64,000 nucleotides of DNA from Piromyces finnis finn (Eukaryota > Fungi > Neocallimastigomycota): NCBI GenBank assembly GCA_002104945.1, contig MCFH01000066.1, forward strand, positions 205,529-269,528. The letters are read 5' to 3'. Below are positions 51,151 to 64,000 of this stretch, piece by piece. The stretch's first letter is position 1. Each line of letters starts with the position of its first letter. The translations under genes and the position numbers were made by a program. The notes below the pieces were generated by a model. The model worked only from the letters and a program-made list of their open reading frames with translations, ran no database searches and had not been told where the DNA came from.

Positions 51151-51772
51151 CATTATGAAAAAAGATATAAATAAAAATAGGAGTATTTTAATTAATATAA
51201 TACTAGGAAATATCTTTTTTTTATAATTATTATATAAAATAAATTCAAAGTGTCTAACTTCAATTGAATAATATTTTTATTAATATCCATTCATTTGTAT
51301 TTAAAAGAAAAGAACTGTCAATAATGAAAATATAAATGAAAATAATAATAATAATACAAGTGAAATAGTATCTTCAGGTCAATATATTACTAAAAATGAT
51401 GATAATTAGTAATGTTTTCATAAATCTTAATAATTAAAAGTTTTATGAGTAAAATAGAAAATATCTATTCTTTTAAGTAAAAACAAATTTTAATTTTTTA
51501 TAAATTTATCGTTATATAAATGTTTCTTTTAAAAATATTATTTTATTAATACAAAGCTTCAAATATTATTATTTAAAGTATTATAATAGAAAGGCGAAAA
51601 TTGCATTTGTAAACATTTTAGCATAAAAAAAATTGGTTTTCCATAACGTTATTTTTTTATTTTCCATAAGATTTACAAAAAATTAGTTTAATTTTGTATA
51701 ATTTATAATGATATTTTATGCTTAATAGTGTAATTAAATCTAAAAACTTTAAATATAATAAATCAAGGAATA

Positions 51773-51935
51773 ATGAATATATTTATTTTATTAATTAGTA
51801 TTGATAATAAAATATATTTCAAAGCTGTAATAAAGAGGAACGTATTATTATAAATAAATTTATTAAAAATGAACAATCATATAATCGTTGTTTACAGAGT
51901 ATTGTTTGTTTAAAAGATGATCATATAATAGATAT
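51773..51935 (+). pseudogene. Second orphan degenerate first exon of the LRR-RLP family
   Basis: MNIFILLI, then a frameshift, then QSCNKEERIIINKFIKNEQSYNRCLQSIVCLKDDHIID. The GT donor is lost. Confidence 0.65.
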
Positions 51936-52424
51936 ATAATAATTTAATTGTATTAATAAAAGTCATATTTTTAAACTAGATTTTTCTTCTATTTTATGCA
52001 GAATAAAATCTAGCTATTTTTTCTTATTGAACTTTAAAAATGTTTAATAGAATAGGTTATATGTTATATCATTAATTTTATAAATGAAAATACTATTTTA
52101 TTCATAATATTTATTTAAACTTTAAATGGCATTAAGTTTAAGACAAATATATTTAATAATAATTATTCCCTATAAAATTTACGAATGAATGCCTATTTAA
52201 TAAATTAAGAATTTTATACCATAACTTTTTTAAAAAGTTTAAGTATACTTTAATTTTTGTCGGAAGTATAGTCTATGTCTTTATATAAAATTAAAAAGTG
52301 GATACTTATACATATTTATATATATTAGGTTTCATTCTTTATATTCTTTAAATTATTAATATGTATTATCAAATAATTGTCAATAAATTTTTTTTAATAA
52401 AAAAAGAGATTTTCTTATTTTATT

Positions 52425-52956
52425 GTCGTTCCAGTTTTTATCCTGGTTGTTAAGGCGTTTCCTTAGCATACATAAGGCTTCTGGTTCGACCCCGCAGATG
52501 TCAGTGCCTGTGGATTTTCCCACTGGGTTTGCCATGGGTTGGGTTATGATATTCAGGTAAGTATAAATGAACTTTCTAATTTACTACTATGATAATAACA
52601 CTCGTCTAGCCGGCCTGAGAGGGTCTAGTGTACATGGTACATTCCAAATTAGAACTTAATAAGTGGTGACTTAGGCTATGCCAAAAACACATAATATTCC
52701 TTAATCAATTTAAGTGTAAACATTAGGGGGCGGTTGACACGTGATCAAATTGACTATAAGAGGCTTAGCATTGTAGTTGTGAAATATCGTACAACGACAT
52801 GCATCTAATGTACATGGATTAAGTGAGCGTCGAAGCTGAAGAAACAGTATGACAGACCAGGAGGGTCACAACCACCTAGCAATAGGAATGAGCCAACGTT
52901 TCTCTAAGAACCACCATTGGAGCTAACTCTGATCGATGGGAGAAATGCACTCGGAA

Positions 52957-53018
<62 letters not shown>
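52425..53018 (+). mobile_element. SINE with a tRNA-like Pol III head, ~535-bp body, A59 tail and a 13-bp target-site duplication
   Basis: TSD TTCTTATTTTATT at 52412-52424 and 53019-53031. Pure poly(A) at 52960-53018. B-box GGTTCGACCCC at 52483-52493 and an A-box-like TCCTGGTTGTTAAGGC at ~52441. GC-rich, with no long ORF. Confidence 0.85.
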
Positions 53019-53020
<2 letters not shown>

Positions 53021-53107
53021 CTTATTTTATTTTATTTAATATTTTTATATAAAAGTAAAAAAAGATTATTTTTAATAGTCTTATTTAAAAAAAAAATATT
53101 AATAAAA

Positions 53108-55187
<2,080 letters not shown>

Positions 55188-55522
55188 ATAGTAATATTAT
55201 TATAAAAACTAATAATTAAAAGCTTTAATTCCATATTAATACTAAATTTAAATAAAAAGAAAAGTCAGAAAATGGAAAAAGTGAAAAAAAAATTCTATTT
55301 TTTTTTTTTTTATTATTATTTATATTTTATATTATTTATTTACATTTTATTCATTCTATTATAAATATAAATTTTATTTTATTTTATTTTATTTTATTTT
55401 ATTTTATTTTATTTTATATTTATTATCATTTTACAATTTATTTAAATGCTCTAAAAATAAAATTTTCTTTTGTTATTATTTTTATTATTTTAATATTTAT
55501 TATCATTTTATTTAATATTCCA

Positions 55523-56467
55523 TTAATTTTTTTTTAGTTCTTCAATTATTTTAAGACAATCCATATATTCCATTTTAAAGAATTCATAATCATCTTTAAT
55601 ATTTAAATTTTCTTTAGCTAATTTATCTTTTTCTTCATTTAGTTGACTTATTTTTTTTTCAGCTTTTAAGTATTTTTCCTCAAAAATTAATTTTTTGTTT
55701 AATTCTTCTTCCAATTCTAATTTACGCTCTTTAATAAATCCTATTTTCATTTTTAATGAATTGATTTCATCGATTTTAGCTTGATTCTCCATAATTAATT
55801 GATTTACCCTTTCATTGTTTTCATTTTCTCTTTCTTCTAATTTTGAAGCACTTTGCTTAACGGTATTTAACTCTTTATATAATAAAGTTTTTTCATTTAT
55901 ATATTCTTGGTTTTGTTTTATTAATTGATTATTTTCTTTTGAACAATTCTCAGTATCATCATATTTATCATCATATTTATCATCATATTTATCATCATAT
56001 TTATCATCATATTTATTATCATATTTATTATTATAATCTTTTTCTAACTCTAATAAAAGTCTTTTAGAAGATTTTAATTCTTGATTAAGTCTTTGATTTT
56101 CCTTTTCAACACTCTCAATTTTCAATTGAAGGTCTTCATTTTCTTTTTTTATCTCTTCTATATTTTTGTTTTCTTCATTATTTTTATTAAGGCTTATGTC
56201 ATTTAAGAGCTCTCTTAATTTTGTAATTTCATTCTTAAAAATATCCATTTTTTGTTCTAATTCTTTATTACTTCTTCTAACATCATCTAATTGTTTTCTT
56301 TTTTCCTTATATTCTTTAGAGTGTTTATCATTTTCATTTTCAAGTTTTTCAATTATTTCTTTTAATTTATCCCTTTCTTTTAATATCGCATCAAATTGTT
56401 CTCTAATATTTCTTAGTTTATTTTGATTTTTTTTGTTTTCATTGGAACTTTCTTCTTCATAATCCAT
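55523..56467 (-). CDS. Hypothetical coiled-coil protein (314 aa) with a YDDK tandem repeat
   Basis: Long E/K/N/L-rich heptad ORF with a 12-bp repeat encoding KYDDKYDDK. No family recognised; upstream exons are possible. Confidence 0.65.
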   Translation of the reverse strand: MDYEEESSNENKKNQNKLRNIREQFDAILKERDKLKEIIEKLENENDKHSKEYKEKRKQLDDVRRSNKELEQKMDIFKNEITKLRELLNDISLNKNNEENKNIEEIKKENEDLQLKIESVEKENQRLNQELKSSKRLLLELEKDYNNKYDNKYDDKYDDKYDDKYDDKYDDTENCSKENNQLIKQNQEYINEKTLLYKELNTVKQSASKLEERENENNERVNQLIMENQAKIDEINSLKMKIGFIKERKLELEEELNKKLIFEEKYLKAEKKISQLNEEKDKLAKENLNIKDDYEFFKMEYMDCLKIIEELKKN

Positions 56468-58089
56468 TTTTTTGAATTACTTTTTTTTTGTCAATTAATA
56501 TTATTGATAAAGAAAAGATAGAAAAAGCGAATTTTTCTTGTTTTTTTTAGAAAGAGTTCCATTAAATATGTCTTTTGAATAAGTTAATTTTATTGGTTGA
56601 AAAGCTTCCTTTTTTTTATTAACATATAATTTGGACATTTAAAATTTTAATTTTAATTATAAAAATATTCCTATTTTTATTTAGATATAAAGAATAGTGT
56701 GGTGGTAGAAGTTTTAAATAATAGTCACAATCTCGTAAAAGAAGAGGGTAATGAATATAAAAATAATAAAATAGCAAATAATTAATATTATTTTCAAAAG
56801 ATATTATTATAAATGATGATCTATTAATACTATTTGAATTATATAACTCTTTTTTTTTTTTGCTCATTAGATATTTAATATTATTTAAATGAAAAACATA
56901 GATATTTCTATATTTTTATTGTATAATTAATAGGCTATAATTATATTTTTACAGCTATTTTTAACAAATAATATAAAAAAAGAAAAGAATATTTATATTT
57001 TGAATAGCTTTTATTTATATGAAATATTTTGTTGAATATTAATAAGTATTCATATATTTTATAGGTTTTTAATCTACCAATCTATTCATAGTATTAATGC
57101 TTAATTAACTTTTTGATATTCAGATTTCATTTTACATTAGTCTTTAATCCTAATCAAAAGTAAAACATCTTTTAATGCTCATCTTATTAAATTATTATAA
57201 TATAAATTTTATAATAGAGAGAGGATTAATAGATTTTAAATATAACATAATTAAAGCAATTCATTGTATCGGAAATAATATATAAATGATGGCTAGTCAA
57301 AATAAAGTAATAAGTAAACCTCTTTGTATTAACTATAGAAATCATAAAGATAAAAAAATAATAAAATTAAAATTAGAATATATTATAAAAAAAAGGATAT
57401 GGTTAAATAGTTAAAGTACTTTAAAATAAAGTTTGGAGAAATAAAACAAGATTTAATGAATAAAAAATAGTAATTAAATATGTATGCTTTCATTCTAAAC
57501 TTTTTTCATAATAAATTTAATATCCTTATGAAGTAACACCCTTTACTTTTTCTTTTTTTTTTTTTTTTATAAAAATGATATAAATTAAAATCAATGGTTC
57601 ACATTTTAATATTTGAAAAGTTTTTATTTAATCATCAAAGTTAGCTTATTCCAAAAAGACCTTTATTACTGTTGTGTAACATTGGAAAAAAAAATAACAA
57701 CTTTTTTATATTAGTTTTATAACAAAGAGTGTCAGAGTATTTGAAATAAATATCAAATATATTGAAATATGTTGTAACAAATTAAATGTATAATCTACAT
57801 TTTAAATATATAAATATACGCAATGTGTATTAGTAACTTTGGAACTTACAAAGTTAACTCTTAATAATAACACAAGTATTAATAAAGCAATGCTATAATA
57901 ATATCAAACCTTTGATTAATAAGTGTATTAGTTATTTATTTATTCATTTACTTGTAATAATATATTTATTTATAATAATATAATTATATTCATTTAATTA
58001 TAAATATAGCATTTTATTGGAATTATTGGTAACCCTTTTTTGGAATATTCTTTTAAAAAATATAATTTTAACTAGTGAACTAATCATTA

Positions 58090-58187
58090 AATATGGTTGA
58101 CACTATAATCTAAATAAACCTATATTTAATAATAGTAAAAATTAACTATAATTTATTTTATTAATATTTTATAGTGTCAACCATATT
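58090..58187. repeat. Perfect 19-bp inverted repeat with a 60-bp spacer (MITE-like relic)
   Basis: AATATGGTTGACACTATAA (58090-58108) and TTATAGTGTCAACCATATT (58169-58187). Confidence 0.6.
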
Positions 58188-58625
58188 CTATGGAATATTT
58201 AAAAGTAATCAGAAAAAAATAATAAAGAAAATATAAAAGTTATACTTTAGTTTCTATACAAATTATTGTTATAAATACTTTTGAAAAAAAAAGTTGATAA
58301 ATAAGTATAATCCATATTTTAACAATTACTATAACTACTTTAAAAAGTTAATAATATTTTCTTTTTTTTTTTCCGAAATAATATATTATCCAAATATATA
58401 ATTATATACCATATAAAATTAAAAATGGATATATAATATTTTTTTAGGGTATATACTTATTTTATTAGTGTACCAAATAACTATCTATAAAATGTCTTTA
58501 GAATTTTTTTTTTTTTTTGGAATCCGATTTTATTTCTTTTTTATACATTTATTTTATTTAATATTCATTATATATAAGTAAAAAAAAATTTAAATAGCTT
58601 CATTTAAAAAAAAATATTAATAAAA

Positions 58626-61160
58626 ATGAATATATTTATTTTATTAATTACTATTATTATTACTATAATAAAATGTGTTTCTGCACAAAATTATAATGAA
58701 GAAGAATGTATTAGTGTAAATAAATTATTGCAAAAAGATCAATCCTATAATTGTTGTCAAAGTGTATATATTAGTTGTTCAAATGATGGTCATGTAACTG
58801 ACATGTAATAATTTAATTTTTATACTAATAAACTAATAAAGGTTAAAATATTCTTAAACTAGATTTCTAATTTATGTAGAATATAAAATTCAGTTATTTG
58901 TTTTTTTAAAAAAAGATAAACATAAAATAATTAAATAGTAAATAAAATAAAAAATTTGTATACGATGAAAAAGATAATTTCATTTAAAACCATAAAAATA
59001 TTTATAAAGATAAATCATTTAATATAAATTAATATCATAATAAAATATAGTAATTTTATTATAGTTAATATTCATTACTATTTATATTAATATTTTAAAA
59101 TAAAAAGGAATTCATTAAATAGTTTTATATATAATAATCAATTTGTTTTATGTTTTATATTAAAATAAATTCATTTCTAATTTTTTTTTTGTTAATATTA
59201 TTTCATATCTATTTAAAAAGATATTTTAAAGGTGATTCTTTAAATTCTATACCACCAGAAATTGGAAATTTAACTAATCTAAAAACCATGTATTTATATA
59301 ATACTTATTAAATATTATTTTAAATAAGATAATATAAATTTAAAATTGTATTATTTTAAAATAGATACACAAGAGGTGATACTTTAATTGGCTCTTTACC
59401 ATCTGAACTTGGAAATTTAGCTAATCTTGAATATTTGTAATTTTAAATAATAAATGTTATAATTATATATGTAAAAAATGAATATCACATTTATAATTTT
59501 TTTGGATTTTTTTTTTTTTGAAATAGATATTTTGAGGAAAAGTATTTAAGTGGTTCTTTAAAAAATAACCAAAGAATAAAAGAAATGTGGTATCCTATTA
59601 ATTTATAATTTTATAAAATATAAATACATAAAAAAAATACATAAAACATTATTTTGGAATGCATTTACCATCTGAACTTGGAAATTTAACTAATCTGAAA
59701 GAATTGTAAATGTTTATCTATTATATTATAAAAAAATACCTATTTGCTATTTGTTATTTTATTAATAAAGCTTTTACATTAAAAAAAAGTCATATATATA
59801 ATAGTCAAATAACAGGTTCAATTCCTTCCTCACTCAAAAATCTATCAAAATTAAAAAGATTGTAATTAAAAATGGTTAATCAATAATAATAAGATGAAAT
59901 ATTTATAATTATTAATAATTTATATATATGCATTTTTTAAAAAAAGGCATTTAGCAGGTAAATTAAATGGAAATATACCACCAGAACTCGGAAACTTATC
60001 AAACTTAGAGGAATTGTAATTTAAACTTACATTATTTAATAATATGTTTGTTTTATTTTATATTTATAAATATATTTTAATTAAATATGAAATAGAAATT
60101 TAGCCGACAATCATCTATCTGGTCCTATACCACTTGAACTTGGAAATTTAAAGCAATTAAAAATTTTGTAAACGAACATTTTATTTTATATTATTAATAT
60201 TTATTATTATATTTTTTATTAATAATTTTAATTTTAATTTGAAATAGAGATTTATCCTATAATAATATAAGTGGTATTATATTGCCGGAACTTGAGAATT
60301 TATCTAATTTAACTTATTTGTAATTATTTATTATTTTATTTATATTATTTTTCATTATTATATATATTCATTAATAATAATAATTTTAATTTGGTAGAAA
60401 TTTAACTAGAAATAATTTAATGGGTTCTATTCCTCCTGAACTTGGGAATTTATCAAATTTAGAAAAATTGTAATTAAATTTATTAACATAAATATAAAAA
60501 GATAAATAAAATAAAAATGTAATAATAATTAAAAAATAATATTTTATTTTTTAAACTAAAATGAAATTAGAGATTTATCCAATAATAATTTAACTGGTCC
60601 TATTCCACCTGAACTTGGAAAACTAACAAAATTAAAAACATTGTAATATATCTTTAATAATTTATTAATAAAAATACTTTGTTATTAGTATATCTATGAT
60701 TAATTATTTTTTTTCCTATTTAAACAGAATATTATCAAATAATAATTTAAGTGGTTCAATTCCAAAAGAAGTCAAGAAATTAAATATAAAACTGTAATAC
60801 ATTTATTTTCTTTATATAAATTTATTAGAGATATACTTTATATATATAATTTAATAAATACTCATACTCATATTTTTAAATATATTATTAAGGCATACCT
60901 CTAATAATCCATTATTAAAAACAAAGAGTAATCATAATAATATCAATATTATAATAATTATAATTATTCCAATTGTTGTCTTCATATTATTCATTATTTC
61001 GGCAGTAGTATATGTATATTTGAAAAATAAAAAAAATAGCAACAATTGTGAAAGTGAAAATAGCATTCAAAGTTATTCAACATCTTCACAGCAATATAAA
61101 ACCAATTATAATAACGAAATAGAAAGTGACATTAGAATTAAAGCTAGTAATTATATTTAA
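58626..61160 (+). CDS. LRR receptor-like protein 3; 12 exons, with exon 4 interrupted by a 107-bp insertion
   Basis: Exons 58626-58804, 59221-59289, 59365-59436, [59527-59560 + insertion + 59668-59705], 59790-59861, 59947-60015, 60096-60167, 60248-60319, 60398-60469, 60571-60642, 60728-60793, 60893-61160. All introns are phase 2. TM segment IIIIIIIPIVVFILFIISAVVYVYL; S/N-rich tail. Confidence 0.82.
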
Positions 61161-61983
61161 ATCATTTATTTTATTTCATTTTTTATTAAATATTTTAAAT
61201 TGAAATTTTAATAATAGCTTCCCATAGTCTAGTATTTTATATTGAAGTTAAAAAAATTTGTTATTATTTTATATTTTATTATTTTTAATAGTATATTTAT
61301 AAATATTTAAAATAAAAAAGAAAATATAAAAGATATTTTGGTTTCTACATAGATTGTCATTATACGTTTTTGACGAATCCATAAATTAGTATAATTCATA
61401 TTATTATAATTAAATTTAATAAACACAATTATATAGAACGAATAATACTATCGGTTTTATATATATTTATTTATTTATTTATAAAAATTTGCATATATCA
61501 TAAATACATACAAGTTTTTATTATATATTCAACCTAAATATATTTTATAATAATTATTCCTTAAGGAAATACTTTTTCATAAAATTTAAAGTTAAACACC
61601 ATAACTACTCCAAAAAGTATAATTTTTTTTTCTTTCCTTTTCATTAGCCCTTTTTTTATACTTTAAAAAAGAGATGTTGAAAGTCAACAAATATATTCAT
61701 TATTAATTTTATTACATGATAAATTTGTTGGTTTTGAATAATAATTATTATATAATATTATATAGTATAGATAAAACTATCCATAAACTATTTTTTTTAA
61801 AAAAAAAAAAAAAGTATAAATCTATTTTTATATACCTTTTTTTTCCTTTTTTTCCTTTTACTAAAAATAATTTTAATTTGAAAATAAAACTTTAATTTTT
61901 TTTTTGCTTATTAATAAATAAAAGTTTTTTTTTTTTTTTTTTTTACTTACAAGGAATAGTCGACTATTAAATGACTTAAAAAA

Positions 61984-64000
61984 ATGAAAACATTTATTTT
62001 ATTAATTACTATTATTATTATAATAAAATATGCTTTGGCACAAAATAATAATGATTATGATGCTGAATGTGTTATAGTAAATAAAATATTACAAAACGGA
62101 GAATTAAATAATTGTTGTCAAAATAAAGGTGTAGATTGTTCAGATGATGGTCATATCATTAATATGTAATAATTCAATTATCATTATATTAATAAAATAT
62201 AAGATATATATTTTAAACTAAACTTTTATTCTATGAAGAATAATATTTAGTTAATTTATTATTAAAATTATAAAAAAGGAGTAATGAAAATAAATAAAAT
62301 TGAGTCAAACGTACCTAATTATTATTCACTTAAAATTATTAAAATATTTTTAAAGTAATAATGTTTAATATAATTAATCCTTTTTTTTTTATACTGAAAA
62401 AAATAAAACCTTTTAAATATTAACTATACATAGTATTTACCATAGTATTTACTATTATAATAACAATTATTATTATTATTATTATTATTATTGCTTTGTA
62501 CTAAAATAAAATAAAAAAAAAAGAGACTTTAAAATATATTTTCAATTTTTTAATACTTGTTAAATATATACAAACCATTTTATTTAAAGTAATGTAATAT
62601 TATATATATTTTTTATTAATATTTGTTAATCTTTATTTCTATTAATAAAGATCAAATATTGATAGTCGTCCTGGATCAATACCACCGGAAATTGAGAATT
62701 TAACCCATCTAAAACAAATGTAATAATAGAAACTGTTCTGTTTATTATTATAATTATTTTATAAATATTTTATAAAAATTATTTAATATTTGAAATAGAT
62801 ACTCTTATGGAAAGGGTTTAACTGGTACTCTACCACCTGAACTTGGGAATTTGACAAGTCTTGAATATTTGTAATTTTAATGTTATAAACATAATAACAA
62901 TGATTCATAATTTATAATTTGTTATTATTTAAATAGACTATTCACATTATATTACTTTTAAAATAGGTGTTTTGAAGAAAAAAATTTAAGCGGTTCTCTA
63001 CCACCTGAACTTGGAAATTTATCTAATTTGAAAGATTTGTAAATATTTAATCCATTATCGTATATATTAAATATGGGATTCATTATTTTGCTTTTATTAA
63101 AAAACATTTCTATATGAAAAAAAAAAAAAAAAAGAACAATATGTAATGGTCAATTAACAGGTTCAATACCTTCCTCATTTGGAAACCTGACACAATTACG
63201 AAGATTGTAATATACTAAAAGATAATTTTCAATTATTTAAAAATAATCGCACAAAACATTAATTTTTATGAATTTATTATATTTTTTTTAAAAAAAAAGA
63301 TATATATCGTATAGTAATTTGAATGGTAACCTTCCATCTGAAATTGGAAATTTATTAAACTTAAAAGAACTGTAATCTAAATTTTTATTATTGAATAATA
63401 ATTTCATCTATGCTTATTTATTAAAATAAAATATATTACATATTTAGTATTATTTTATTAATTATTACCATTTTTAATATTATGATTTGTATAGTAATTT
63501 ATCTCATAATAATTTAGTCAATTCTATACCACCTGAACTTGGAAGTTTAACTAATCTCGAATATTTGTAATTTTTATATATTTATATATCTCTTGTAATT
63601 ATTTTTGTTAACTCTTTATTTTAACATGAAATAGACGTTTATCTAATAATAACTTAACAGGTTCTATTCCTCCTGAGCTTGGAAATTTATTGAATTTAAA
63701 TTTCTTGTAATTAATAAATAAAATAATAATAATAATAATAATATAATTATATAAATTAATAATTGAAAAATGATATTTTTTTTAAAACTAAATTGAAATC
63801 AGAGATTTATCCAATAATAATTTAACTGGTCCTATACCACCTGAACTTGGAAAATTATCAAAATTAAAAACCTTGTAATAAACCTCAAAAATAGTTTATA
63901 AATGGAAATATTGTATTTTTAACTAACTATTTTATTGTTCATTTAAATAGAATATTATCAAATAATAACTTAAGCGGTTCAATTCCAAAAGAAAAAATTA
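61984..64000 (+). CDS. LRR receptor-like protein 4 (runs off the window end)
   Basis: Exons 61984-62165, 62651-62719, 62799-62870, 62967-63038, 63135-63206, 63300-63371, 63495-63566, 63635-63706, 63803-63874, 63951->64000. All introns are GT-AG phase 2 and the frame is open. Same signal peptide, Cys cap and LRR layout as genes 1-3. Confidence 0.87.

Noticed and set aside
52425-52505. Functional tRNA gene
   Set aside because: Only A/B-box-like motifs are present. Acceptor and anticodon stems do not close, and the segment is the head of a TSD-flanked poly(A) element.
52940-52960. SINE tail derived from LINE A or B in this window
   Set aside because: Only GTT plus the A-tail is shared with family A and nothing with family B, which is too little to assign a partner.

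Overview
This is a very AT-rich, intron-rich eukaryotic window. The composition, the CBM18 modules and the LRR/ankyrin expansions fit an anaerobic gut fungus (Neocallimastigomycota); that assignment is inferred, not proven. Left to right it holds: (1) a 5'-truncated LINE; (2) an 11-exon secreted LRR + 2x chitin-binding (CBM18/hevein) gene missed by the ORF track; (3) a ~15 kb pile (8.1-23.4 kb) of two single-ORF APE-RT non-LTR retrotransposon families (called A and B here), chained head-to-tail through poly(A) tails and including internally deleted derivatives; (4) intronless ADE6/purL; (5) a 3-exon, Q-rich gene with three HMG boxes; (6) two intronless ankyrin-repeat genes, an LRR pseudogene and a hairpin-dense island; (7) from 48 kb to the end, a tandem array of at least four plant-like LRR receptor-like genes (signal peptide, Cys cap, LRRs, TM, short tail; gene 4 is cut off before any TM). 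Each LRR sits on its own 63-75 nt (mostly 72 nt) frame-symmetric phase-2 exon, and the paralogs are visibly mosaic. A young tRNA-headed SINE with a perfect 13-bp TSD sits just upstream of the second LRR gene. The best candidate for a little-described system is the modular one-LRR-per-exon receptor array, possibly a diversifying non-self-recognition system. All exon calls were read by eye from GT-AG boundaries and reading-frame continuity; no database searches were run.
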